Translations under genes and position numbers: made by a program
In this document: positions 16,228-25,385 of the stretch, in pieces
Layout of the letters: every line of letters begins with the position of its first letter
Position numbering within the stretch: position 1 is the stretch's first letter
The notes under the pieces: model-generated
What the model saw: only the letters and a program-made list of their open reading frames with translations
What the model was told of the DNA's origin: nothing
The model's database searches: none
From: Dethiobacteria bacterium
GTDB taxonomy: Bacteria; Bacillota; Dethiobacteria; DTU022; UBA8154
Assembly: GCA_050948825.1 (NCBI GenBank)
Contig: JBMNEO010000001.1
Location: 11,673-75,672 of the forward strand
DNA length: 64,000 nt
Direction of reading: 5' to 3'

Positions 16228-18726
16228 CTATTTGTCCGGGTTGTTATTTTCTTCCTCGTCTTTGCCGGCGGTGCTGTCGGTTAGATCTTCATCTTCATCT
16301 TCACCGTCGCCGGTAATTTCTTCTTCGCCGTTATTAACGTCATTGTTGCCTTCATCATCTTCATTATCGCTATTATCGTCAGCAGCATCAGCACCATCAG
16401 CACCATCAGCACCATCAGCACCATCAGCGCTATCTTTATCGTCATCGATCACGCCGCCGCTTCCGTCAGCATCACCGTTGTTCTCATCATCGTCGTTATC
16501 TTCTTCTTCTTCATCTTCGTTATTACTGTCGCCGCCATCATCTTCTTCTGCAGGCGGTTCTTCCAGGGCGGGAGGTTCTTCTTCCTTCCCGGGAGGAGTC
16601 TCATCTTCTTCACCGCTGTCTCCTCCACCGTTTTCGTCTCCGTTATTTCCTTCCCCGTCGTTTTCGCCCTCGCCCTCTGCGGGGGGTACAGGCTCTTCAG
16701 CGGCCGGATCGGTTGGAGCCGGCAAGGCGAGGTTGACTTTTAGCTCGCCGGTGAGGAGAGTACTATTCTGCTCCGCCGCTTCTTTATCTTCTTCATCTTC
16801 CAGAGCCACTGTTATTTCTTCGTCTCCCTGGCAAGATACCAGTATGACGATCTCTCCTTCTGCGGAGCTGGAATCTACGGTCAGCTCGCCGTTTTCTGTC
16901 AGGCTGACCCCTTCATGCTCCTGCTGGAGCCGGAAGAGGGCATTTTGCAGAGGCTGCCGGTTGTTATCCAGGGCCGTGTAGGTAACGTTTATGGCCTCTT
17001 CCCCGGCGGGGATGAGGATGAGCGTTTCGCCCTCGATAATAAGGCGCTCTTCCCCTGCAGGGGGGCTCTCAATTTTTTCTTCTTCCCGCTCTTCCCGGGC
17101 CGGTGCTTCCAGTGTAACCGAAAGGCTTCCGCTGATCCCCGGGTCGCGCACGGAGGTGGCCAGCACCGTTATATTTCCGGAGGCAGCGTGCTGTTCCACG
17201 GTTAGAATCCCTTCTGCGTCAAGGGATATGCCGCTGCCGGCTGCGCTTTCCAGGCTCCAGGTTACCGGTTCGTTTTCAAGGACGGTTCCTTCCGCGTCAA
17301 GGACGAGTGCCCGGTAGTACTGCCGGAGGGGTTCCCCTTCGGGGATGACCATCGTTTCGGTGCCGGTTACCTCTACCGCCCCGATCCGGATGGTATGCAG
17401 CAGGATTTCTTTTTCCTGGCTAAGGGGGTTGCCCACGCCAGCAAATTCAAGCCGGGCGGCCAGGGTAAAGGATTCCGCCGCGGCATCGCTTGTAACGCTT
17501 ACAAGCCCTGTTTCGTCTGCGCAGATGCCGTTTGTCTCTTCCGGCAGTTCCCAGGTGACGCCGGTCAGCGTGAGCCCTGCGGGAGGTTCAACCGTGTACT
17601 GCTCCAGGGCGGTTTCTCCCGGGAGGGGGATGGTGATGGTATCCGCGCCGGTAATAATGGATGCGGGCTTTTCATACAGCGCTATTGTTTTCTGTGACGC
17701 CAGGATTCTTCCTTCGAGTTCGATGGCGGCCAGGATGGTCACGTAGCCGGGGGCCGCATTTGAATATACGGTCAGCGCTCCTGTTTCGCAGTCTATTTCC
17801 ACGCCTTCCAGCACTTCCGGGGCAGCAGGGGTTTCAAGAGCCCACCTGGCTCCTTCGAGTAAAGCCCCGTCCTGGTTTTCCAAAAGGTATGTTTTTACGA
17901 TTGTTTCACCGGGATCCGGGATGAAGAAGGCATCGGGGCCGGTGATGGCGGTTTCTTTTGTTTCGTAGCTGCCTTTTAATTTAATCGTTGCTTCGCCTGC
18001 AAAGAGGAAACGGTCCAGCCCGCCGGCGTAGCCTTCGCCGGATATGCCGAAGGTAACCAGCTCCATCGCCTCGCCCGTCTCTTCGAACCAGGCGGCAAGT
18101 TCTTCGCGGTCAAAATCGACAACCAGCGTTCCGTCTTCGTTTAGCTCACCGGAAAGGGCAAATGTTGAGTTCTCGTTGTAGTGCAGCTCGACAGAGGGGA
18201 CGTAGATCTCTCCGGGATCGAAGCCGTCTTCCAGCCGGATCTCGGCCTGGACTCTGTCTTCGCCGGAGAGCTTTTCTTCAATGCTTTCCAGGTCTGCTCC
18301 GAAGAGGGCACCCAGGGAACCGGTACTCAGGCCGGCTGCGTTCAGGCTGCGGCTGCGGTTAAGACCGGTGCCGGGGTTTGAGGAAGGGTTCTCGCTGCCT
18401 GCCGCAAAACCCATAAGCATCATTTCGCCGCCGCCCGGGGTGCCTATGCCGCCCAGTGTGCCTGCGCTGCCGGGACTGCTTGTACCGTCCGTATCTGATT
18501 CGCTTCCGCTTTCTTCATTTTCTTCGATGAGGAATTTATCGACAAAGAAAACATTGGCTTTTGTCTTGCCGTCAGCTTTTACAATGGTGAAGGTCAGCAC
18601 TTCGGACTCCGCGCCGGCCGTAAAGTAGGCATAGGTCACGGGAAGCTTCACGATGGAGCAAAGCATGACAAGTATTGTAAAGATCGCCGCTGTCTGCATA
18701 ATGTTTTTCTTAATCCTGGCTTTCAT
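16228..18726 (-). CDS. Large (~830 aa) secreted protein: SipW-cognate-like signal peptide (..VTYAYFTAGAESEV..), several Big_2/Ig-like repeats, and a very acidic low-complexity C-terminal tail
   Basis: The start is set at MKARIKKNIMQTAAIFTILVMLCSIVKLPVTYAYFTAG, with a GAGGAGG RBS 7 nt upstream. The ORF track extends it to 18810. Repeated ~80-aa segments (..TGALTVYSNAAPGYVTILAAIE.., ..GILTVEQHAASGNITVLATS..) follow. The tail is ..DADGSGG..DGADGADGADGADAADDNSDNEDDE.. Confidence 0.65.
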   Translation of the reverse strand: MKARIKKNIMQTAAIFTILVMLCSIVKLPVTYAYFTAGAESEVLTFTIVKADGKTKANVFFVDKFLIEENEESGSESDTDGTSSPGSAGTLGGIGTPGGGEMMLMGFAAGSENPSSNPGTGLNRSRSLNAAGLSTGSLGALFGADLESIEEKLSGEDRVQAEIRLEDGFDPGEIYVPSVELHYNENSTFALSGELNEDGTLVVDFDREELAAWFEETGEAMELVTFGISGEGYAGGLDRFLFAGEATIKLKGSYETKETAITGPDAFFIPDPGETIVKTYLLENQDGALLEGARWALETPAAPEVLEGVEIDCETGALTVYSNAAPGYVTILAAIELEGRILASQKTIALYEKPASIITGADTITIPLPGETALEQYTVEPPAGLTLTGVTWELPEETNGICADETGLVSVTSDAAAESFTLAARLEFAGVGNPLSQEKEILLHTIRIGAVEVTGTETMVIPEGEPLRQYYRALVLDAEGTVLENEPVTWSLESAAGSGISLDAEGILTVEQHAASGNITVLATSVRDPGISGSLSVTLEAPAREEREEEKIESPPAGEERLIIEGETLILIPAGEEAINVTYTALDNNRQPLQNALFRLQQEHEGVSLTENGELTVDSSSAEGEIVILVSCQGDEEITVALEDEEDKEAAEQNSTLLTGELKVNLALPAPTDPAAEEPVPPAEGEGENDGEGNNGDENGGGDSGEEDETPPGKEEEPPALEEPPAEEDDGGDSNNEDEEEEDNDDDENNGDADGSGGVIDDDKDSADGADGADGADGADAADDNSDNEDDEGNNDVNNGEEEITGDGEDEDEDLTDSTAGKDEEENNNPDK

Positions 18727-18890
18727 GATCTTCCTCCTCATCTTTCTTTGCCGGTAAAGACGCAGGCGTTGTTGTAGTTTGGTCAACGGTAATCCCTTCC
18801 TTGATTTCAACTATATTAAACTTACACTTATTCAGCGCGGGCAACATCCTTTTATAGGATTATTTTTCAGTATTAAATTGGATAATTTTA

Positions 18891-18910
18891 ATATAATCCT
18901 AAAGGATAAT
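18891..18910. promoter_or_regulatory. Palindromic motif ATATAATCC-TAAA-GGATAAT (plus a second ATCCT-TTTAT-AGGAT palindrome at 18846..18862) about 165 nt upstream of the large secreted protein gene. Candidate operator.
   Basis: Seen directly in the sequence. A near-identical perfect palindrome lies at 21906..21927. Confidence 0.4.
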
Positions 18911-18923
18911 GCCGGTGCATGCT

Positions 18924-19529
18924 TCAACCTGACAGCGCATAAAAAGGTTCTTCAAACTCCACTCCGTAGCTGTACTGCCATTCGTCGTGGTCCCCTGTTG
19001 CAAGAAGGTGCTCTCTCACCACTTTTCCCTTCATGCCGGTGGAGATCTCCCTTTCCCTGTTCAGGGATATTTCGAAAAAAAGCTGAAGTTCACCCATCAA
19101 CTCGAGGGGGGTTTTTACCATCAGAAGCGCCCCGCCCCTCGATATGTTTAGGATTTTGGCCTGCTTGAAGCTATTCACGTCTACTTTCTCGGACAGCAGG
19201 ACGTACTCCGCCCTGTAATTGACAGGGATCCGCCCGGATTTTCTGCGCTGCCAGCGCTGTTCCTCACCCAGTTGCTTGAGGATGCAGGCGCCTCCGTCCA
19301 GTACTTCCAGCACGGTCGCACGGATTATATAGAGCGCGTCCTCCCGCTGAGGGGCTTCCAGAGTAATTTCGTCACCGGGATATAAACTCAGAACCGACAT
19401 GATTGCCAGCGAGAATTCCTTTTCACCTGCGGTCACTGCGGTCATTATTACTGCATCACCTGATGTATTCTTTTTTCTGTCAATGATCTTGACCTCGTTG
19501 CCGGGTTTTAAGAGCATCCGGAGTATCAC
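18924..19529 (-). CDS. PilZ-domain c-di-GMP-binding protein (YcgR-like two-domain architecture)
   Basis: 201 aa. The RxxxR motif (QRRKSGRIP) and the (D/N)xSxxG motif (ILNISRGGALL) are present at the canonical spacing. Confidence 0.65.
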   Translation of the reverse strand: MILRMLLKPGNEVKIIDRKKNTSGDAVIMTAVTAGEKEFSLAIMSVLSLYPGDEITLEAPQREDALYIIRATVLEVLDGGACILKQLGEEQRWQRRKSGRIPVNYRAEYVLLSEKVDVNSFKQAKILNISRGGALLMVKTPLELMGELQLFFEISLNREREISTGMKGKVVREHLLATGDHDEWQYSYGVEFEEPFYALSG

Positions 19530-19554
19530 CTCATTTATCTGGCATCCACCTTAA

Positions 19555-21714
19555 CTAATGCAGCATTTCTTCAAGCAGTTCTTCCTTATTCATAAGTCCT
19601 AGCAGCGCCCTTCCCATCTTCGCCACAGTATCTGCCTTTGGGATCCAGGACGGTTCAAGCTCAAGCTGGGGATTTTTGCTCAATTCAAGTGCTGCAATAT
19701 CATCCTTTGCGGATACAATTTTTTCTTTGGTCATGATTATTCTTTCCAGAGTATCTATAGCCCGCCTGCATATGGAAATTCCTGCAGAAACCGGGCTTTC
19801 ATCCCCGTATTTCACAGCCAATTTCTCCAGCTCGTCTCTGGCAGTTAGCATATGGTGGCGCAGTTCGCTTTTGCGGGGAGAATCTGTTTCACTTTTTTTC
19901 TCGATCTTCTCGTGGAGTGTTATCCAGCGCCCCGCAAGTTTAACAGCTTCTTTAAGCCGGGACAGCGCCTGCCAGGAACCGGAAATATGGAAAATATCAG
20001 TGCAATCCTCCCCTTGAATATTGGAGTAGACTTTTGCCAGTTCTTTTTTCAGGTTGTCCTCTTCCTGCAGGTATTCTACAAGCTCTCGGACTCCATCCAG
20101 GAGCTTTTCATTGTTAGACTTAACCGGATCTAACAGCCTGTAAGCCAGGCCTTTTTCATCTTTCAGGAGCTTCTCCCACAGCTTCGATGCGAGCGGGGAT
20201 GCGGGGCTGAGCTTCTGATTGCGTTTTTGCCAGCTTTGTGCTTCATAGGATAAAATCCGGAATTTCTTGTCCCAAACACTGCCGCCTGTGTTATGCTGGG
20301 CCGCAAGGGTTGCGGATATTTTACTGAAGCCGCTGAGTCCCGGGGGGAGATCATTAAGCTGCCCGATCAGTTGCAGGGCACCGCTTCCGGGGGCGATGAA
20401 AGCCGGCTTCAGCAAAGAGGCATACATCAGCAGTGCCAGGGACAATTTTCTTTCTTCTATCGGCTCCTTTTCAAGTAACGTTACAAAATCATGGTTTTTA
20501 TAGATATATGAAAGCCAGGTTCCGGCCGGGCCGCCGTCACCTTCGATAATTTCGGCCAGTTCGGCAGCTTGTAATAGCCTGGAGGGAAAGGGGGCATCTC
20601 CGTATTGCTGCTCGGAATAACAGGAAAGCCAGTAGGCAGGGCCAAGCTTACCTTCCTTTATGAGTTGAATTATTTGCCCGGAGAGCTTGCTGCTATAGCC
20701 GGGGCAGAGGCCGGTGTCGGGATTGGGGCCGGGGCTAGCGCCGGCAATAATACTGGAAATGGGCCCGTGCCTCTGGTGCTCCCGGCCGCCGGCGCCGGCA
20801 GATGGTTTTGTTTCCGCTGCGATGTACTCCTCTGCTGCTGCTTCTGCTTCTATTACTTCTGTTTCTGCTTCTGCTTCTATTACTTCTGTTTCTGCTTCTG
20901 CTTCTATTACTTCTGTTTCTGCTTCTGCTTCTGTTGTCTCTGCTTCAGTTGCTGCTGCAGCTTTTTCCGCCGCCTGCAACTCTGCCTCCGTCGCGGGCTG
21001 CTCCGTTTCCACTGTTTCTTCCTGTTCAGCTGTTTCTTCCTGCAACTGAACGCCCTCCTCATTGTCGCTGCTTTCGTCTTGCTGAAAAAGCAAACTCTTC
21101 CTTGCTGCTGCCACGGAAAGAAGGATTCCAAATTCCCCGGCAGCTGCCTGAAATAATCCGGCTGCCTCTTCATGATCCGGTCGCTCTTCAGCAAGCTTTA
21201 AAAGAGCGTTTAACGGGTGAACCCCTGCGGCAAGCCGGTTGCGTAATTTGGCCGTTTCCGTATTTTCCGGATCTCCAGAAAGGATCGCTTCATAATGGGT
21301 GAGCTTGTCCCTGAAACGATCCAATTCGGCAAGAGATTCCTTACCCGTCAAACTCATTTTCTTGCACTTTTTAATAATTGCCTGTACCCGCCGGTTTTGC
21401 TCCTCCAGCATGCTTAAATAAACCAGGTGGTCAGCAAGGCTGTGCCAGATTTTCTCTATTTTGGCATATGCATTGTTTCCTTCGGTGATCTTTGGCAGTA
21501 TTAAATCATCTGCTCCCCTGTCATAATCTTCAGAGAGCAACTTGAATACGTCCAGTTGATTGGCGACATCCTGTTGAGAAAGATGTTCCGGCGGTAAATC
21601 GGGTTTTTTCGGGCTTTCCCCTTCCTCTACCAACCTGATGCCCAGTTTTTTAAATCTTTCTATCAGCTCTGTTATCTGCAAATGTAACTTATCCAGCCGC
21701 TTTTCCCGATCCAT
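19555..21714 (-). CDS. Large (719 aa) hypothetical cytoplasmic protein: helical N- and C-terminal regions around an acidic low-complexity core with a 9-aa tandem repeat (ETEVIEAEA x3)
   Basis: ORF track. There is no signal peptide and I recognise no catalytic motif. A 27-bp nucleotide tandem repeat lies at ~20838..20932. It sits immediately upstream of the PilZ gene with a 26-nt gap, so it is likely an operon. Confidence 0.5.
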   Translation of the reverse strand: MDREKRLDKLHLQITELIERFKKLGIRLVEEGESPKKPDLPPEHLSQQDVANQLDVFKLLSEDYDRGADDLILPKITEGNNAYAKIEKIWHSLADHLVYLSMLEEQNRRVQAIIKKCKKMSLTGKESLAELDRFRDKLTHYEAILSGDPENTETAKLRNRLAAGVHPLNALLKLAEERPDHEEAAGLFQAAAGEFGILLSVAAARKSLLFQQDESSDNEEGVQLQEETAEQEETVETEQPATEAELQAAEKAAAATEAETTEAEAETEVIEAEAETEVIEAEAETEVIEAEAAAEEYIAAETKPSAGAGGREHQRHGPISSIIAGASPGPNPDTGLCPGYSSKLSGQIIQLIKEGKLGPAYWLSCYSEQQYGDAPFPSRLLQAAELAEIIEGDGGPAGTWLSYIYKNHDFVTLLEKEPIEERKLSLALLMYASLLKPAFIAPGSGALQLIGQLNDLPPGLSGFSKISATLAAQHNTGGSVWDKKFRILSYEAQSWQKRNQKLSPASPLASKLWEKLLKDEKGLAYRLLDPVKSNNEKLLDGVRELVEYLQEEDNLKKELAKVYSNIQGEDCTDIFHISGSWQALSRLKEAVKLAGRWITLHEKIEKKSETDSPRKSELRHHMLTARDELEKLAVKYGDESPVSAGISICRRAIDTLERIIMTKEKIVSAKDDIAALELSKNPQLELEPSWIPKADTVAKMGRALLGLMNKEELLEEMLH

Positions 21715-21905
21715 CTTTTTTGCACCGCCTGTAAATTAATAATTTGTTACAGCACCAGGCTCCACAACAAGCCCGGAACCAGGTTCTCCTGATGAGCAAT
21801 ATCTGCAGTCCGGTTTCATACTCAACGCTATTACTATTCTATTTTTTTCTACAAATAAACTCATTACGCTTAAGTCCCAACTCTCATACTTAAAAAGATC
21901 ATTTT

Positions 21906-21927
21906 TATATAATCCCAAAGGATTATA
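21906..21927. promoter_or_regulatory. Perfect palindrome ATATAATCC-CAAA-GGATTATAT about 190 nt upstream of the 719-aa gene. Same motif as at 18891.
   Basis: Seen directly: atataatcccaaaggattatat. Confidence 0.4.
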
Positions 21928-22004
21928 TGGGATAAAAAAAGAACAGGTAACCTGTCCTTATACTTCTTTCTTGAACAAGGCAGGAATCCTGTCCTATTAT
22001 AGTT

Positions 22005-22661
22005 TTATCTGGCTTGCACGATTAGGCGGTTTACCGGATTTACACTGTAAAGAGGGTGACAGGTATAAAGCGTAAGTATCCTGTCACCCTCTTCAAATTC
22101 AAATATGGAAGTGTCGTCCACTTCGACTATTATTGTTCTGTATACTACATAGTGATATTGTTTATCATCTTCAGTGCTGATGGTTATGCTGTCACCGGCC
22201 TCCAGCTCGTCAAGCCGGTTAAAAAAACGCCCGTAGGTATGGCTTCTGTGAGCAGTAAGCACCGTATTCCCCACTTCACCAATCCCGGCTGTCCCCTCCA
22301 GAAGCCCGGCTCCAATTCTGAGAATAGCTTCGCTCGTTCCGCTCAGGATAGGGAGTTTAAGATTAATTTTTTCTATCTCCAAAATCCCCAGGGTATTCCG
22401 GAGTATTGTATCATTTTCACTGCCCTCTGCTTCACTGCTTTCTACCGAGTTTATGTCATTTTCGTTTTCCTCGAAGCCGGCTTCTGTTTCAACCCGTTCC
22501 TTAATGGTGTCTTTCTCCGCGTGCGTATCTTCCCGCAAATGCTCCGCTTCCCACTCGTTAAATATCTTTTGCTGCCAGTACCAGGTATACGCCCTGTCGA
22601 GCAACGGGTAGAGCAGAACCAAAACACCGGTTATGATTAATATTAAGGATAATCTTCTCAT
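22005..22661 (-). CDS. Sortase (transpeptidase) with an N-terminal membrane anchor
   Basis: ..NTVLTAHRSHTY.. (catalytic His), ..ILTLYTCHP.. (TLxTC Cys) and ..VNRLIVQAR (Arg). It overlaps the upstream substrate gene by 4 nt. Confidence 0.75.
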   Translation of the reverse strand: MRRLSLILIITGVLVLLYPLLDRAYTWYWQQKIFNEWEAEHLREDTHAEKDTIKERVETEAGFEENENDINSVESSEAEGSENDTILRNTLGILEIEKINLKLPILSGTSEAILRIGAGLLEGTAGIGEVGNTVLTAHRSHTYGRFFNRLDELEAGDSITISTEDDKQYHYVVYRTIIVEVDDTSIFEFEEGDRILTLYTCHPLYSVNPVNRLIVQAR

Positions 22662-23536
22662 TTAGCAGATGCTTTCTTATTTCTTCTTTTGCCGAGTACT
22701 AAACCCGCCAGAATCAGCAACAGTCCGGCTCCATAGTATACAATGGGAGGAAACTCCCCTGTTTGTGGAGGCTCAGCAGAGGTTCCCGGTTGTTCCGGCC
22801 ACAAAACGATTAGATTATCATCAGGAGTATCTTCGTTTTCCAAAGGTACATTTGGCTTTTCGGGGTTAATGACCAGCTCCTCATCCCGATCGAGATCCTC
22901 TGAAGGTTCGGGGCCTTGCGCAGGGCTTTCGGGGGTAAGCTCATCTTCTTCGCCACCGGGATCTGCACCGGAACGGTCGCCGAAATAGTCGCCAGGATTA
23001 TCATCGACGACGTCATAATCACTTCTGGCATGAAAAGAAATGTTGCCGCTGTAGTCTTTCAACTCCTGCCCCGGAGCTATAGAAAAGGTAAAGTTTATCG
23101 GTCCGGTGCTGCCATCCGTCTTGAGTTCAAGTATATCATAATCCTCGTTTCCCTCGATTGCGGGTATCCATTTCTCCCCGGAAGAAGCGTCGCAGCTGAG
23201 CCAGAAAGCACCTTCATTATATAACTCGGCCATTTCACCGTCCAAAGAGTGCCAGAGATAAATAGTGCCTCCCCATGTATTATTGATCCGGCAAAGATCT
23301 TCGTAATAGTACATACTGCCGGGCTGGAAACCGTACATCTTGCCGTCAATGCCCGTACCGGGCGTAAAAGTCATGCTGCTGCCGTTAACCTGTACATTGT
23401 TGTTTTTGCTGGTATCGGTTTTTACTATTGAAAAAAGTCCCGGGCTGGAAGCAACACTGGGAGTTGTCGCCAGAACAGTGATCGTCCCGCTCAGCGCCAG
23501 CCAGACCATAAGCAGAAGAATACTTAATTTTCTCAT
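22658..23536 (-). CDS. Secreted surface protein with a Sec signal peptide and a C-terminal sorting signal PPQTGEFPP, a hydrophobic segment, then KRRNKKASAK. Putative substrate of the adjacent sortase.
   Basis: 292 aa. The N-terminus is MRKLSILLLMVWLALSGTITVLA. The C-terminus is ..EPPQTGEFPPIVYYGAGLLLILAGLVLGKRRNKK. The same TGEFPP signal ends 8679..10313. Confidence 0.7.
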   Translation of the reverse strand: MRKLSILLLMVWLALSGTITVLATTPSVASSPGLFSIVKTDTSKNNNVQVNGSSMTFTPGTGIDGKMYGFQPGSMYYYEDLCRINNTWGGTIYLWHSLDGEMAELYNEGAFWLSCDASSGEKWIPAIEGNEDYDILELKTDGSTGPINFTFSIAPGQELKDYSGNISFHARSDYDVVDDNPGDYFGDRSGADPGGEEDELTPESPAQGPEPSEDLDRDEELVINPEKPNVPLENEDTPDDNLIVLWPEQPGTSAEPPQTGEFPPIVYYGAGLLLILAGLVLGKRRNKKASAK

Positions 23537-23551
23537 CTGTATTATGCCCCT

Positions 23552-24088
23552 TTACTCCGCTTCTGAAATCACTGTTAATGTACCGTTTTCGGATACTGGA
23601 ATTTCATTTTCGTTGATGCTAAAAGATACCGCTATTTTGGCAGTTTCCCCTGGCAAAAGGGGATAAAAATTACCTTTATTATTACCGTCTTCTACCATAA
23701 CAATGGCGCTTTCCGGATAAGAACCGGATGCCCACGCCTTCAAATTTATAAATGGTATACCGTTGTTTTCAATGGTAAATTTGATATTCTCTGCAGAGTT
23801 GTTTTGCACGGTAAAAAAGTGTGGCCATTCCCAGGAGCTGCCCGTGGTAAGGCCTTCACCACCGCTGAAATTAAAATATAAAACTCCACTATCAATGGTA
23901 CAGAAACTTCCTGTTTCTTCAAGCTCTTCTGCCGGAATAAGGGCCAGCAGCGCTTCATTGGTGGAGACTACCTTCAAAACGGCAGGGCTCTGAACAACCG
24001 CAGCGGAATAACACAATGCAGCAGTAACACACGTTATCACGATAAAAAGCATGATAAGCAATACAGTTACTTTCCTCAACAAATCCAC
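23552..24088 (-). CDS. Small secreted protein (178 aa), possibly SipW-processed (signal peptide ..TAALCYSAAVVQS..)
   Basis: An N-terminal hydrophobic signal is followed by a beta-rich Asn/Ser-rich domain. Family unknown. Confidence 0.45.
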   Translation of the reverse strand: MDLLRKVTVLLIMLFIVITCVTAALCYSAAVVQSPAVLKVVSTNEALLALIPAEELEETGSFCTIDSGVLYFNFSGGEGLTTGSSWEWPHFFTVQNNSAENIKFTIENNGIPFINLKAWASGSYPESAIVMVEDGNNKGNFYPLLPGETAKIAVSFSINENEIPVSENGTLTVISEAE

Positions 24089-24272
24089 CCTCCTTTTTGT
24101 TAATAATGACTAAGAACACGCTTGTAGCTTCACATTTTATAGCCTCACGCTTATAAACGCTAATAGCCCTGGATAATTTATTTTACTAATTTCTGCACTG
24201 CATTACAGCATTCTACAGATTAATCTGCTATGATCAGAAAAGATTATTTCCGTATACTCCAAAAGTATTATT

Positions 24273-25364
24273 TTAACCGCCGATAATTTCAGCGAACCGG
24301 CTAATCCTCTTCCGCCATATCTTCACCAGGCGCCTCCTCTCGCGCGGCTCCAAATATGGCAGGGCCATCAGCGGAAGGGCAGGAACAAGGGCAACGGCAG
24401 CGAAGGCCAGCCAGAGATTTATATCCGCCAGGAATCGTATCGCCGCTAACGGGAGGAAAGGCATGAACATACCGATATGAACATTGGCCTGATGGATCCC
24501 CGGCACCTCCGCCTTCAAAGTAGCGATAACCTCAGCGGTATCCCCTTTCCTCAGCCGATAGACGTTCTGCTGCAGTGTCAGCTGCGGATCGCTTGAGACG
24601 GCGTAATAAAGGGATGGTATGGACCCCTCATTCTTCAACTCGGCCAGAGCCAGCTCCCTGGAAGTGCCCTGCTCCAGCACGCCCACATCGCTCCCCATAA
24701 GCACACCGGGGTTATCCTCTACCCCGAAGGGGAAGGTAATAAAAAGGCTGCCCATAAGCATCAAGGCGCCCATTAGCATGGCAAAAGCCAGGCCGCCAAG
24801 AAAGTAAAGCTGGCTTTTCTGCAGGGCTTCCTTTTTTCGCTTTTTCTTTGATTTAAAGATTTCGTCCGCCAGGAGAACCACGGCCAGAACCCCCAGCAGA
24901 ACCGGCAGAACGCTGGAGTCCTGCATCTTCTCCTCCAGCAATAGAGGAATATATCCCAGAAGGGGGATCATCAGCGGCTGCGACCCGATCGCCGGCACTA
25001 CCCCGGCAATCCATTCCGCCTTCACAGGCGGAAAGCGGCTCCCCACCTGGTCGGTTTCCCTGTTGGCATCCCCTTTGGTAATAAAAGCACCGTCCCGATC
25101 GACGTCCACGATACGGTGCATTGTCCAATCGCGGATACCGTGTTCCTCAGAGCGAAAGACAATGATCTGGCCGGGAGAAAAATTCGTATGCTCGTTCGTG
25201 GGGAGGACAAAAACCATGTCTCCCCGGGTAAAGACAGGAACCATGCTCCATGTCCTTATTGAAACGGCAAGTGTAGGTTTCTGGCGCAAGAGGGTCGCCA
25301 GGGGAGAAATAACCAGTATGGCTAAGATGATGATAAATAAATAATTCCCGAGTTTCTTGAGCAT
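24273..25364 (-). CDS. SipW-like archaeal-type signal peptidase I fused to a ~200-aa C-terminal multi-TM extension
   Basis: ..VSIRTWSMVPVFTRGDMVFVLP..GQIIVFRSEEHGIRDWTMHRIVDV..FITKGDANRETDQ.. matches the S26B core. Then come about 5 predicted TM helices and a basic tail. At 363 aa it is about twice the length of a normal SipW. Confidence 0.65.
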   Translation of the reverse strand: MLKKLGNYLFIIILAILVISPLATLLRQKPTLAVSIRTWSMVPVFTRGDMVFVLPTNEHTNFSPGQIIVFRSEEHGIRDWTMHRIVDVDRDGAFITKGDANRETDQVGSRFPPVKAEWIAGVVPAIGSQPLMIPLLGYIPLLLEEKMQDSSVLPVLLGVLAVVLLADEIFKSKKKRKKEALQKSQLYFLGGLAFAMLMGALMLMGSLFITFPFGVEDNPGVLMGSDVGVLEQGTSRELALAELKNEGSIPSLYYAVSSDPQLTLQQNVYRLRKGDTAEVIATLKAEVPGIHQANVHIGMFMPFLPLAAIRFLADINLWLAFAAVALVPALPLMALPYLEPRERRRLVKIWRKRISRFAEIIGG

Positions 25365-25385
25365 CGCCGGCCTTCCCCAGCCTCC

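Noticed and set aside
15605-16981. 458-aa plus-strand ORF rich in Ser/Pro/Ala
   Set aside because: It is antisense to the SipW and giant secreted-protein genes. Its low-complexity composition simply mirrors the acidic repeat region on the coding strand, and it has no RBS or domain signal.
20605-21302. Plus-strand ORFs (183 aa, 111 aa, 166 aa) with poly-Leu/Cys/Phe runs
   Set aside because: They are antisense translations of the ETEVIEAEA tandem-repeat region of the 719-aa gene. They are repeat-driven artefacts.
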